A stretch of DNA of 64,000 nucleotides from Malacoraja senta (Eukaryota), in assembly GCA_038087875.1 (NCBI GenBank), contig JAXLNO010000043.1, positions 62,001 to 126,000 of the forward strand, written 5' to 3'. Positions within the stretch are counted from its first letter, which is position 1; the number at the start of each line of letters is the position of its first letter. Below are positions 26,801-40,432 of this stretch, one piece after another. The translations under genes were made by a program, and so were the position numbers. The notes under the pieces are model-generated. The model was given only the letters and a program-made list of their open reading frames with translations. It had not been told where the DNA came from and ran no database searches.

Positions 26801-27769
26801 TAAACTTGAAGGTAGACAAAAATGCTGGAGAAACGCAGCGGGTGAGGCAGCATCTATGGAGCGAAGGAGTAGTGACGTTTCGGGTCGAGACCCTTCTTGA
26901 GATTTGAGATTCACCTGTGAATGGAGCTCACGGATGCCCCATCCAGTTTAAATTCCATTTGGAATATTTTGGAGGACCAAGAAACCAAGAACCAAGAACC
27001 ATGGTTTCGGTTTGGGGATTATACGTATCGTATTCTTTGGTTCACAGTCGCCTTGTGTGTATCAATCAGCGTCTGCAGTTCTTTGTTCCCAGCATCAGTT
27101 TATGTGCTGTGCTGTTCCCTGCTCCCTTTGTTCTGCAGCTCGCTGTATAACTGGCTCTGTTGTGAGCCCAGGTGTACTCCGCGCCCCGCCCCCAACTCTC
27201 TGTCTGAGGCGGCGGTTGCCAATAGAGACGGGGATCGGCGGCAGGTTACTGGGAGGGTCGGTGCAGGTTTCCTTTGTGTGGAAATGAGGCTGCGGTGTTG
27301 TTTACCTGCTGCTGCAAGTCCCGCCCAAAGCAGCGATTGCCATTGAAACTACGGCAGACTGATTCACAGTCCGGAGCGGTGACAATTTGTCCGCGACTTC
27401 ATTGTCCAGTGTTTGGGCAGTGATCGTTTGTGGAGACGCCCCTCTGGATAAACCTGTGTCCGTTGTATCGCTGTCCTCCGGAACTCACAGAGGACTGAGT
27501 CATTTTGTGATCCCTTCTGTGGCCGTCGTCTGGGCGCAGGGGACGCTGGCGAGAAGGCGACGATGTTGATCCGCTCTATCGCTCGTTTTATCTTGGACGG
27601 AGATTACTGCGATTTCCCTGACGTTTTTAATTTCAAATTCAACATTTTTTACTGGCGATTGGGCGATAGTTCAGTTGCCTCGGCTGATGGATCCTTGGTG
27701 TGTTGAGGGTCTGAGTCACGGACTACAGGAGCAAACGGGAATCTCCCGTCACTCTTCCTGGAAAACTGC

Positions 27770-30700
27770 TCGGGGGGGACCAATATCCTGGCGGGGAGAT
27801 TTGCTAAGGCTACTGGGGAGACTTTAAACTAGAACGGTTGGGGGAGGGACTCAAATAGAGAAAGCTATTAGACAGTGTGTGAGGCAGGAGGCAGAGAAGG
27901 AAAGCACTCAGACCCAGCATGTAGGGTAAAAGAAGAAAACAATAATAAACAGAGAATAAGAGGTGGTGGGGTTCTTAAATGGGTGAGCAGAGAAACAGAG
28001 GGGTGTAAAATGGGGGCGGAAGCAACAGGTAGCAAGGTGAAAAGTAAAAGTGGCAGGCAGACAAATCCAGGGCAAAAATCAAAAAGGGCCACTTTTCAAC
28101 ATAATTGTAAAAGGGGTAAGAGCGTTGTAAAAACAAGCCTGAAGGCTTTGTGTCTCAATGCAAGGAGCATTCGTAATAAGGTGGATGAGTTGAACGTGCA
28201 GATAGCTATTAATGATTATGATATCGTTGGGATCACGGAGACATGGCTCCAGGGTGACCAAGGCTGGGAGCTGAACATCCAGGGATATTCAATATTCAGG
28301 AGGGATAGAGAGAAAGGAAAAGGATGTGCGGTAGCGTTGCTGGTTAGAAAGGAGATTAACGCAGTGGAAAGGAAGGACATTAGCTTGGAGGATGTGGAAT
28401 CGGTATGGGTAGAGCATTTAAACACTAAGGGCAGAAATCGCTGGTGGGTGTTGTGTACAGGCCACCTAACAGTAGTAGTGAAGTTGGGGATGGCATCAAA
28501 CAGGAAATTAGAAATGCGTGCAACAAAGGCAAAACAGTTATAATGGTGACTTCAATCTACATATAGATTAGGTGAATCAGATTGGCAGCGGTGCTGAGGA
28601 AGAGGATTTCTTGGAATGTATGCGGGATAGTTATCTAAACCAATATGTAGAGGAACCAACGAGAGAGCAGGCTATTCTAGACTGGGTATTGAGTAATGAG
28701 GAAGGGTTAGTTAGCAGTCTTGTTGTGCGTGCCCCATTGGGCAAGAGTGACCATAATATGGTTGAGTTCTTCATTAGGATGGAGAGTGACATTGTTAATT
28801 CAGAAATAATGGTTCTGAACTTAAAGAAAGGTAACTTTGAGGGTATGAGACGTGAATTGGCCAAGATTGACTGGCAATTAGTTCTAAAATGGTTGACGGT
28901 GGATATGCAATGGAAGGCATTTAAAGACTGCATGGATGAACTACAAAAATTGTTCATCCCAGTTTGGCAAAAGAATAAAGCAGGGAAGGTAGTGCATCCG
29001 TGGATAACAAGGGAAATCAGGGATAGTATCAAAGCAAAAGATGATGCGTACAAATTAGCCAGAAAAAGCAGCATACCAGAGGACTGGGAGAAATTGAGAG
29101 ACCTGCAGAGGGGGACAAAGGGCTTAATTGGGAAAGGGAAAATAGATTATGAAAGAAAACTGGCAGGGAACATAAAAACTGACTGCAAACGTTTTATAGA
29201 TATGTGAAGAGAAAGAGATTAGTTAAAACAAATGTAGGTCCCTTGCAGTCAGAAACAGGTGAATTGATCATGGGGAACAAGGACGTGGCAGACCAATTGA
29301 ATAACCTCTTTGGTTCTGTCTTAACTTAGGAAGACATAAATAATCTGCCGGAAATAGCAGGGGACCGCGGGTCAAAGGAGATGGAGGAACTGAGTGAAAT
29401 CCAGGTTAGTTGAGAACTGGTGTTGGGTAAATTGAATGGATTAAAGGCGGATAACTCCCGAGGGCCAGATAGGCTGCATCCCAGAGTACATAAGGAAGTA
29501 GCCCCAGAAATAGTGGATGCATTAGTGATAATTTTTCAAAACTCTTTAGTTTCTGGAGTAGTTCCTGAGGATTGGAGGGTAGCTAATGTAATCCCCCTTT
29601 TTAAAAAGGGAGGGGGAGATAAAACGGGGAATTACAGACCAGTTAGTCTAACATCGCTAGTGGCGAAACTGTTAGAGTCAGTTATTAAAGATGGGATAGC
29701 AGCACATTTGGAAAATGGCGAAATCATTGGACAAAGTCAGCATGGATTTACTAAAGGTAAATGATGTCTGACGAATCTTATAGAATTTTTCGAGGATGTA
29801 ATTAGTAGAGTGGATAGGGGAGAACCAGTGGATGTGTTGTATCTGGACTTTCAGAAGGCTTTCGACAAGGTCCCATATAAGAGATTAGTATACAAACTTA
29901 AAGCACACGGTATTGAGGGTTCAGTATTGATGTGGATAGAGAACTGGCTGGCAAACAAGAAGCAAAGAGTAGGAGTAAACGGGTCCGTTTCACAATGGCA
30001 GGCAGTGACTAGTGGGGTACCGCAAGGCTCAGTGCTGGGACCCCAGCTATTTACAATTTATATTAATGAGCTGGATGAGGGAATTGAAGGTAACATCTCC
30101 AAGTTTGCGGGTGACATTAAGCTGGGGGGCAGTGTTAGTTGTAAGGAGGATGCTAGGAGACTGCAAGGTGACTTGGATAGGCTGGGTGAGTGGGCAAATG
30201 TTTCGCAGATGCAGTATGATGTGGATAAATGTGAGGTTATCTACTTTGGTGGCAAAAACTGGAAAGCAGATATTATCTAAATGGTGGCCGATTAGGAAAA
30301 GGGGAGATGCAGCGAGAGCTGGGTATCATGGCACACCAGTCATTGAAAGTAGGCATGCAGGTGCAGCATGCGGTGAAGAAAGCGAATGGTATGTTAGCTT
30401 TCATAGCAAAAGGATTTCAGTATAGGAACAGGGAGGTTCTACTGCAGTTGTACAGGGTCTTGGTGAGACCACACCTGGAGTATTGCGTAAAGTTTTGGAC
30501 TCCAAATCTGAGGAAGGACATTATTGCCATAGAGGGAGTGCAGAGAAGGTTCACCACACTGATTCCTGGGATGTCAGGACTTTCATATGAAGAAAGACTG
30601 GATAGACTCGGCTTATACTCGCTAGAATTTAGGAGATTGAGAGGGGATCTTATAGAAACTTACAAAATTCTTATGGGGTTGGACAGGCTAGATGCAGGAA

Positions 30701-31029
30701 GATTGTTCCCGATGTTCGGGAAGTCTAGGACAAGGGGTCACAGCTTAAGAATAAGGGGGAAATCCTTTAAGTCCGAGATAAGAAAAACATTTTCAGTGGT
30801 GAATCTCTGGAACTCTCTGCCACAGAGGGTAGTTCAGGCCAGTTCATTGGCTATATTTAAGAGGGAGTTAGATGTGGCCCTTGTGGCTAAAGGGATCAGG
30901 GGGTATGGAGAGAAAGCAGGTACAGGATACTGAGTTGGATGATCAGCCATGATCATATGAATGGCGGTGCAGGCTCGAAGGGCCGAATGGCCTACTGCAC
31001 CTATTTTCTATGTATCTATGTATCTATGA
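27770..31029 (+). mobile_element. CR1 LINE copy A (ORF1 tail + complete but disrupted ORF2)
   Basis: ORF1 end GTNILAGRFAKATGETLN*. APE motifs LNARSI and ITETW. RT motifs YLDFQKAFDKV and GVPQGSVLGP. (tatctatg)n tail at ~31005-31029. Confidence 0.95.
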
Positions 31030-31369
31030 ATCTCAACTGTTGGTCGGACAACTGAAGCAGAAATGTGTATGTTTGAGGTAAGGGTTTGAACGGGAATAAA
31101 GACGGGCAGTTGGGGGTTGGATGCAGAGACAGCAGATGAGCTTTTTTTTTAGTGTAGGATCAAACTGTAGTTGCTGGTTTAAACCGAAGCGAGGCATATT
31201 AATCTAGAGTAGCTCAGCGGATGATAGCATCTCTGGGGAAAGCAATGGGTGGCGTTCGGGTCGATACTTTTCTTCAGACAGAGTGCCAGGGGAGAGGGGA
31301 ATAAGAGATAAGGATGGTACAAGGAAAAATAATTGGATGATATGCAAAAAAGCCGATAATCAAAGAATA

Positions 31370-33025
31370 ACTTCCCCTCCATCTTCCACTCACTTTGCCC
31401 CTCCCCTCGCTCTTCCCCTCCGCCTAACCCTCGCTCTCCCCTCCCTCTGCCGCTCCACTTCCCCTGCGCCATCCGCTGCCCCTCCCTCTGTACCTCCCTC
31501 TACCCCTCCCTCTCTCTCTCCCTCTACCCCTCCATCACACGTCCTTATACTTCCTCACCCCCTTCGTTAGACCATGCCCTTCCCCCCCCTTCCTTTCCAG
31601 CCTTCCTCACCCTTCCTCTCCCACTCCTTCCCTACATTTCCCCCTCCCTCTCTCTCTTCCTCACGATCCTCCTTCTCTCCTGCACCCTCCCCCTTCAGCC
31701 CCTCACGTTCCATTCCTCTCCTTTCCCTCCCCCTCCATCCCCTCCCCCTCCCCCTCCCTCCCCTCCACCCCTCTCCATCCCTTCCCCGTCAGCCCAAGCT
31801 TCCCTCCAGTTCTCCCTCCCTATTACGCCTCCATCCTCCTTCCACTCCTCCTCCCCATCTTCCTCTCCTTCACCTTCCACCTTCCCCTCCCTCTCCCCTT
31901 TCACCCCATCCACCACACACCCCTTCCCCTCCCCATCCCGACACATCCCCTCCACTACCCCTTCCTCCCCCCCACACTTCCCTGCCTCTCTCCCTCACTC
32001 TGCTCCTCCATCGCACATCCAACACCTACTCCCTCACCCCTTCCTTCGACCCTGCCCGCTGCCCCTCCCTCCGCCCCTCCCTCTGGCGCTCCTTATGACT
32101 AACACTCTCCTCCCCCCTTCCTCTCCCCCTCTCTCTCCCCCTTCCTCCCCTTCCTCACCCTCCCTCTTAATTTTCCCCTCGCTCCCTCTCCCCTTCCACC
32201 CTCCCCCTGCCTCCTCCCTTCCTCTCCCTTCCTCCCGTCCACCCATCTTCCCCTTCCTATCGCCTCCCTCCCCCTACATCGCCCCCTTCATCTCCTCCTC
32301 CATCCACCTCTCTGTACCCTTCCTCCACCCTCTATCCCCTTCCTCTCACTTCCACCCATCCCTTCCCTCCCTCCCCTATACCTCCACCCCCACTTTCCTC
32401 CCCTTCCTCCACCCTCTCTTCCCTCCCCTTCATCCATACCCTTTTTGCCCCTTCATCCACCCTTCCTCCCACCTTCCTCTCCCCGATCCCCTCATTCGGC
32501 CCCTTCCTCAGCTCCTTTCACCCCCTGCACGGCCCCTCCCTCGGCCCATGCTCTGGCGCTCCTTCTCCCTTTCTCCCCCCTGCCTCTCCCCGTACCTCCC
32601 CATCCTCCTCTTCTTCCCTTGCATCCCCTTTCTCCTCTTAATTCCCCACATTCCCCCTCAACACCTTCCATTACTCTCCCCTTCCCCTTCCTCTCCATTC
32701 CCTCACGTTTCACCCCACTCCCTCCCGCTTCCCCTCCCCTACACCCCCTTCCTCTCCCCATCCCGCTCCCTCCCCTCTCCCTTCCCTCTCCCTCCCCATT
32801 CGTCTCTTCTCTCCCCCCTCTCCTCTCCTCATTCCTCCCCATCTCACCATCCTCCCCTCCCTTCATCTCCCAATCTCCCTATCCCCTTTACGCTCTGCTG
32901 CCTCCCCTTCCTCTCTCCCTCCCTCCCTCCTCCTCTCTCTTCTCCTCCCCCACTCACTCTCTTCCTCCGGCCTTTCTCCCTCCACCCCCCTCCATACCCT
33001 CCCCTCCACCCTCCCTTTCCTCTCC
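31370..33025. repeat. ~1.65 kb polypyrimidine/polypurine low-complexity tract
   Basis: The + strand is overwhelmingly C/T. Confidence 0.95.
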
Positions 33026-33152
33026 ATCAGTACTACCCCACAGTGTATCACATCATCTCTACTACCCCACAGAGTATCACACCATTAGTACAACCCCACA
33101 GTGTATCACTCCATCATCACTACCCAGCAGTGTATCACCCCATTGGTACAAC

Positions 33153-36100
33153 AATGTTGATTCCGGATCACTCTGGTTCAGTCCATCACTGAGGCAACCA
33201 CTGGAATCCAAACCCTTGTTTATTTGTAAACAGTACCGCGGGACCGTCCTCGGATCCACTGACTCGAGCCCTCAGCAGTCTCGCGTAAACAGAACAGAAG
33301 GAGAGACAACCTTCTGAACAGAAGGAAAGCACTCAGACCCAACATGTAGGGGGGAAAGAAGAAAACAATAATAAACAGAGAATAAGAGGTGGTGGGGTTC
33401 TTAAATGGGTGAGCAGAGAAACAGAGGGGTGTAAAATGCGGGCGGAAGCAATAGGTAGCAAGGTGAAAAGTAAAAGTGGCAGGCAGACAAATCCAGGGCA
33501 AATCCAGGGCAAAAATCAAAAAGGGCCACTTTTCAACATAATTCTATAAGGGGTAAGAGCGTTGTAAAAACAAGCCTGACGGCTTTGTGTCTCAATGCAA
33601 CGAGCATTCGTAATAAGGTGGATGAGTTGAACGTGCAGATAGCAATTAATGATTATGATATAGTTGAGATCACGGAGACATGGCTCCAGGGTGACCAAGG
33701 CTGGGAGCTGAACATCCAGGGATATTCAATATTCAGGAGGGATAGAGAGAGAGGAAAAGGAGGTGGGGTAGCGTTGCTGGTTAGAGAGGAGATTAACGCA
33801 GTGGAAAGGAAGGACATTAGCTTGGAGGATGTGGAATCGGTATGGGTAGAGCTGCGAAACACTAAGGGGCAGAAAACGCTGGTGGGTGTTGTGTACACGC
33901 CACCTAGCAGTAGTAGTGAAGTTGGGGATGGCATCAAACAGGAAATTAGAAATGCATGCAACAAAGGCAAAACAGTTATAATGGGTGACTTAAATATACA
34001 TATAGATTGGGTGAATCAAATTGGCAGGGGTGCTGAGGAAGAGGATTTCTTGGAATGTATGCTGGATGGTTATCTAAGCCAACATGTAGAGGAACCAACG
34101 AGAGAGCAGGCTATTCTAGACTGGGTATTGAGTAATGAGGAAGGGTTAGTTAGCAGTCTTGTTGTGCGTGCCCCCTTGGGCAAGAGTGGGCATAATATGG
34201 TTGAGTCCTTCATTAGGATGGAGAGTGACATTGTTAATTCAGAAACAACGGTTCTGAACTTAAAGAAAGGTAACTTTGAGGGTGTGAGATGTGAATTGGC
34301 CAAGATTGACTGGCGATTAGTTCTAAAAGGGTTGACGGCGGATATGCAATCGAAGGCATTTAAAGAATGCATGGATGAACTACAAAAATTGTTCATCCCA
34401 GTTTGGCAAAATAATAAATCAGGGAGGGTGGTGCATCCGTGGATAACAACGGAAATCAGAGATAGTATCAAAGCAAAAGATGATGCGTACAAATTAGCCA
34501 GAAAAAGCAGCATACCAGAGGACTGGGAGAAATTCAGAGACCAGCAGAGGAGGACAAAGGGCTTAATTAGGAAAGGGAAAATAGATTATGAAAAGAAACT
34601 GGCAGGGAACATAAAAACTGACTGCTAAAGTTTTTATAGATATGTGAAGAGAAAGAGATTAGTTAAAACAAATGTAGGTCCCTTGCAGTCAGAAACAGGT
34701 GAATTGATCATGGGGAACAAGGATATGGCGGACCAATTGAATAACTACTTTGGTTCCGTCTTCACTAAGGAAGACATAAATAATCTGCCGGAAATAGCAG
34801 GGGGCCGCTGGTCAAAGGAGATGGAGGAACTGAGTGAAATCCAGGTTAGTCGGGAAGTGGTGTTGGGTAAATTGAATGGATTAACGACCGATAATTCACC
34901 AGGGCCAGATAGGCTGCATCCAAGAGTACTTAAGGAAGTAGCGCCAGAAATAGTGGATGCATTAGTGATATTTTTTCAAAACTCTTTAGATTCTGGAGTA
35001 GTTCCTGAGGATTGGAGGGTAGCAAACGTAACCCCACTTTTTAAGAAGGGATGGAGAGAGAAAACGGGGAATTACAGACCAGTTAGTCTAACATCGGTAG
35101 TGGGGTAACTGCTAGAGTCAGTTATTAAAGATGGGATAGCAGCACATTTGGAAAGTGGTGAAATCATTGGACAAAGTCAGCATGGATTTACGAAAGGTAA
35201 ATCGTCTCTGACGAATCTTATAGAATTTTTCGAGGATGTAACGAGTAGAGTGGATAGGGGAGAACCAGTGGATGTGTTGTATCTGGACTTTCAGAAGGCT
35301 TTCGACAAGGTACCACATAAGAGATTAGGATACAAACTTAAATCACACGGTATTGGGGGTTCTGTATTGATGTGGATAGAGAACTGGCTGGCAAACAGGA
35401 AGCAAAGAGTAGGAGTAAACGGGTCGTTTTCACAATGGCAGGCAGTGACTAGTGGGGTACCGCAAGGCTCAGTGCTGGGTCCCCAGCTATTTACAATTTA
35501 TATTAATGACCTGGATGAGGGAATTGAAAGCAACATCTCCAAGTTTGCGGATGACACTAAGCTGGGGGGCAGTGTTAGCTGTGAGGAGGATGCTAGGAGA
35601 CTGCAAGGTGACTTGGATAGGCTGGGTGAGTGGGCAAATGTTTGGCAGATGCAGTATAATGTGGATAAATGTGAGGTTATCCACTTTGGTGGCAAAAACG
35701 GGAAGGCAGACTATTATCTAAATGGTGGCCGATTAGGAAATGGGGAGATGCAGCGAGACCTGGATGTCATGGTACACCAGTCATTGAAAGTAGGCATGCA
35801 GGGGCAGCAGTCAGTGAAGAAAGCGAATGGTATGTTGGCTTTCATAGCAAGAGTATTTGAGTATAGGAGCAGGGAGGTTCTACTGCAGTTGTACAGGGTC
35901 TTGGTGAGACCACACCTGGAGTATTGCGTACAGTTTTGGTCTCCAAATCTGAGGAAGGACATTATAGCCATAGAGGGAGTGCAGAGAAGGTTCACTAGAC
36001 TGATTCCTGGGATGTCAGGACTTTCATATGAAGAAAGACTGGATAGACTTGGCTTATACTCGCTAGAATTTAGGAGATTGAGAGGGGATCTTATAGAAAC

Positions 36101-36982
36101 GTACAAATTTCTTATGGGGTTGGACAGGCTAGATGCAGGAAGATTGTTCCCGATGTTGGGGAAGTCCAGGACAAGGGGTGACAGCTTAAGGATAAGGGGG
36201 AAATCCTTTAAGACCGAGTTGAAAAACGTTTTCACACAGAGAGTGGTGAATCTCTGGAACTCTCTGCCACAGAGGGTAGTTGAGGCCAGTTAGTTGGCTA
36301 TATTTAAGAGGGAGTTAGATGTGGCCCTTGTGGCTAAGGGGATCAGGGGGTATGGAGAGAAGGCAGGTACGGGATACTGAGTTGGATGATCAGCCATGAT
36401 CATATTGAATGGCGGTGCAGGCTCGAAGGGCCGAATGGCCTACTCCTGCACCTATTTTCTATGTATCTATGTATCTATGTATCTAACCGACATGCCCCAA
36501 CGGAAAGATCATCCTTTTATACCCCTATAAACTAAAGGCGCCAAAGTTCAGGGGGAGGCAACCCCTACAAGCCAATTACGGATACCGAAGCGAACATACC
36601 TGGGGAGGTAACTACTTTGCCCAATCACAGTTCAGTACACATAACACCCAGGTGCAGGCCACCCTTCTCGACCAATCACAGGTAACAGCGGGAAGACACT
36701 GAAACAAATTAGAAACATAAAACACCCCTAACCAATCATAAACATGCATTCAGCGTCTTTGCACTGAAACATATCAGAAACCTCTTTAGGAACCCAGACA
36801 TAGTGGCAACAGGTGGGTAACATGGGCAGAAGCTTCCTGGAGCTTCTTCAGAGTTACAGACTTAGCGGAGCCAGCTTGGTCACATGGATCTCTAGCACCT
36901 TGCAAAGTGATGTAATTATCAATGAAGCCCATTCCCTCACAGATACTTGCCATTTCCCAAAGTACTCAAACCCCTGCACATT
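33153..36982 (-). mobile_element. Probable solo LTR (~660 bp: 36486-36982 + 33153-33319) split by CR1 copy B
   Basis: Four CCAAT boxes, a minus-strand TATAAAA at 36521-36515 and a minus-strand AATAAA at ~33224-33219. Termini are AATGT...ACATT with flanks tacaac/cacaac, inside the minisatellite. Confidence 0.6.
33320..36485 (+). mobile_element. CR1 LINE copy B (ORF2 with in-frame stops)
   Basis: ORFs 33585-34628, 34644-35108 and 35148-36293 share one frame and are separated by stops. FADDTKL motif; (tatctatg)n tail. Confidence 0.95.
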
Positions 36983-37300
36983 CACAACCCCACAGTGTAT
37001 CACTCCATCGGTACAAACCCACAGAGTATCACTCCATCAGTACTGCCCCACAGTGTATCACTCCACCAGTACAACCCCACAGTGATCACTCCATCGGTAC
37101 AATCCCACAGTGTATCACTCCATCGGTACTACCCCACAATGATTCAGTCCATCAGTACTATCCCACCGTCTGTCACTTTAGCAGCACTACCCCACAGTGT
37201 ATCACTCCATCAATGCTACCACACATTGTGCCAATCCATCAGTACATCCCCAGTATATTACTCCATCGGTATTACCCCACAATATAGTAGTACAACAGTA
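36983..37300. repeat. ~29-bp minisatellite (continues from 33025-33152)
   Basis: Unit ~cagtgtatcactccatcagtactacccca. Confidence 0.9.
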
Positions 37301-37301
37301 C

Positions 37302-40300
37302 TGTGGTAGACATTTAGCTCAACTCAGTATATTATAACTATAATCAACCATTATATTTTATCAGCCTGTAATTATGTGGGTGGGATTTTTTTTTATTTTT
37401 ATTTTTTAATATTTTTTATTATTGGAGATAAGTACACAACCTATTTACATCATTGCAGTCTAACATTTTTAAATTGATAATATTGTCAATTATTATTACA
37501 TTGTCTCCAATACCTTTTGCCTTTTTTTTTTTAACTAGATAGAACTAAAGAGATAGATGAAGTAAAGAAAGAAAAGAAAGAGAAGAAGAATAAAAAAAAA
37601 TTAAAAAAACAAAGAAAAAAAAAAAAAGAGAAAAATAGTTAAAGAAGAATGGAAAAATTTATTAAAATAAAAAACTTCATTCGAGATATATTCGTACATT
37701 TCAGAGTATAGCATTTCATCCATTCTTTAGCCCGAGTGCTAGTCAGGTTCCTGTGCTGAACTATTCTGACCCTTTAAGTAATCAATAAAAGTAGACCATG
37801 TTCCTACGAATAATTCCTGTTTGTCCAACAGGGAAAATCTGATTCTTTCCACGTTTAAGGTCTCCGTCATTTCTATAATCCACATTTTGATTGTGGGGGC
37901 CGTAGGGCCTTTCCAAAATTTTAGAATTAATTTTTTTCCTGTTATTAAACTATAATCAATAAAGTTTCTTTGTGTTGTTCTAAATGTTTGATTTAATTCT
38001 AATATTCCGAGTATTATTAATTTTGGATCTGGGTCCAATTGTGTGTCGGTTACTTTAGATATTATACTGAAAATATTTACCCAGAATTTTTTAATTTTTA
38101 TACAGTTAGCAAACATATGAGATAATGTAGCTTCTAAATGTTGACATTTATCACATATAGGTGAGATATGTTGAAAAATTTTATGTAGTTTTGTTTTTGA
38201 ATAATGTAACCTGTGTATTACTTTAAATTGTATTAGAGAATGTCTGGCGTTTAGTGAACACTGATGTATGTGTTGCAAACTTTCTTCCCAAGTATCTTTC
38301 GTTATTACTTGATTTAATTCTTTTTCCCATGTTTGTCTGTGTAATTCCGTCGAAGGAATGTCACTGTCTAATAAGATATTATATATATAAGATATTAATT
38401 TTTCTGTATTAGGATGTTTGTTCCAACATTCATCAAGAATTTCTGAATTTCTAATTCGAAAATTTTGAGAGTTCGATTTTACATAATCTCTAAGTTGAAG
38501 ATATCTGAAATAATCATTTCCTCGAAGTCCATAAGTCTGTTGCAACTCCTGAAATGTCAGAAAGGTGCCTTCCTTATAAAGTTGTCCCATATTTTTAATT
38601 CCATAATTCTTCCATTGTGTAAAACCCCCGTCCAACCATGAAGGCTTAAACAAAGGGTTATTCACAATTGGAAGAAAAAGTGATAAATTATCTAATTTTA
38701 ATGTCTTTTTTAATTGATTCCAAATTCGTATAGCACTAAATATTATAGGGTTTTCCCTATAATTTTTTTTGTTTAATTTAGACGTAGCAAATAATATCGA
38801 ACCGATATCAAAAGGTAAACAATCTTCCTTTTCCATTTTTAACCAGTCTGGTTGATGATCTATTTCTTCCAACCAGAAATCCATATTTTTAATATTAACA
38901 GCCCAGAAATAAAACAAAAAGTTGGGTAAAACCAAGCCTCCATTTATTTTTGATTTACACAAGTGTCTTTTGTTTATCCTATGATTCTTATAATCCCAGA
39001 TAAAATCATTAACAATAGAGTCCAGTTTTTTAAAAAAGTTTTTTGTCAGATATATCGGAATTGTCTGAAAAAGGTATAATATTTGCGGTAAAAAAATCAT
39101 TTTTATAGCATTAATTTTGCCAACCATTGAGATAGGAAGTGTTTTCCAGTATTGAATATTCTTATGTAGTTTGTTCAGTAATGGGGGAAATTTGCTTTAA
39201 ATAATGATGTATATCTCTTAGTTATATAAATACCTAGATATTTAAATTTTTAATTTACTATTTTAAATGGAAATTGTTGTATTATCTGTTTGTTATGTTC
39301 CCTTATTGGCATAATTTCACTTTTATTCCAATTTATTCTGTATCCTGAAAGTGAACCAAATTGGGTTATTAGCTTTAATAAGTTTGGAATACTAATTTCT
39401 GGTTTTGTAATGTAAATTAATACATCATCTGCGTATAGAGAAATTTTATTCACTGTGTCCTTTGTGTTATACCCATGTATTTCCGGATGCCCCCTAACTC
39501 TTTCTGCCAGTGGCTCAACAGCAAGCGCAAATAATAATGGAGATAACGGGCATCCTTGTCTACAACCTCTAGATAGGCTAAATTTAGATGACAACCTTTG
39601 GTTTGTAAATATTCTAGCCGTGGGATTTGTATATAACAGTTTTATCCATGTACAGAATTTCTCCCCTAGCTGCATATTTTCCATCACCGAAAATAAATAA
39701 GACCATTCCACCTGATCAAATGCTTTTTCAGCGTCAAGTGAGATTATTGCTAGATCTTCGTTAATAATTCTCTTGGAATATATAATATTAAATAATCTTC
39801 TTAGATTATAATATGAATACCGTTTCTGAATAAAGCCTGTTTGATCAGGGTGTATTAATTTATTCATCACTGTACTTAATCTATGCGCTAGTATTTTAGT
39901 TAATATTTTCTGATCTGTATTTAAAAGTGCAATTGCTCTGTATGATCCCGGGTCTTCCGGATCTTTATCAGCTTTAGGAATAAGTGTTATTATAGATTCA
40001 TTTAAAGTGTCTGGAAGTTTCTGTTGAGTATAGATATATTCATACAGTTTTTGTAAACGTGGGCAAAGTAAATCATAAATTTTTTTTTAATTTAAAATGG
40101 ATGGGATTTATACGTAGTCTGAGGCGTGTTTGCGGCTGGGATTCTCGCGCAGACTCGTTAGTAGTTTTAGTTTAGTTTGAAGAAGCATGGGGGAAGATCA
40201 TGCACGAGTTTGACTACGAGTAAGATCAAAATGTATTTATACAAGAAGAAGTTTAAATGAATATTTAATACAACTACAATAAAGAAACTATTAATCAAGA

Positions 40301-40432
40301 GACTGTGTTTGGAAGATGTATCTTTCGACGGCATTGAATGTCTCGTGGAGAGCTCGTGTGCGTTTCGATCATCTCCTGAACCCGTGTCTTCAATCATAGT
40401 GACTGAAGGAAAGAAATCCGTGAAACGATAAG
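37302..40432 (+). mobile_element. Possible LTR-like insert (~410 bp: 37302-37388 + 40110-40432) split by the L1; uninterrupted mirror at ~59310-59720
   Basis: Non-satellite block inside the satellite that starts 'tgtgg' and has AATAAA at ~40278. Terminal and TSD evidence is weak. Confidence 0.3.
37389..40097 (-). mobile_element. 5'-truncated L1-clade LINE (RT + C-terminal CCHC), young
   Basis: IHPDQTGF, SLDAEKAFD, GCRQGCPLSPLLF, LYADD, CDKC..H...C. A-rich tail (T-run at 37386+). TSD tgggtgggattt (37377-37388) / tggatgggattt (40098-40109). Confidence 0.92.

Noticed and set aside
31574..33317. Pro/Ser/Leu-rich ORFs of 174-365 aa
   Set aside because: These are a by-product of the C/T tract, which lacks stop codons.
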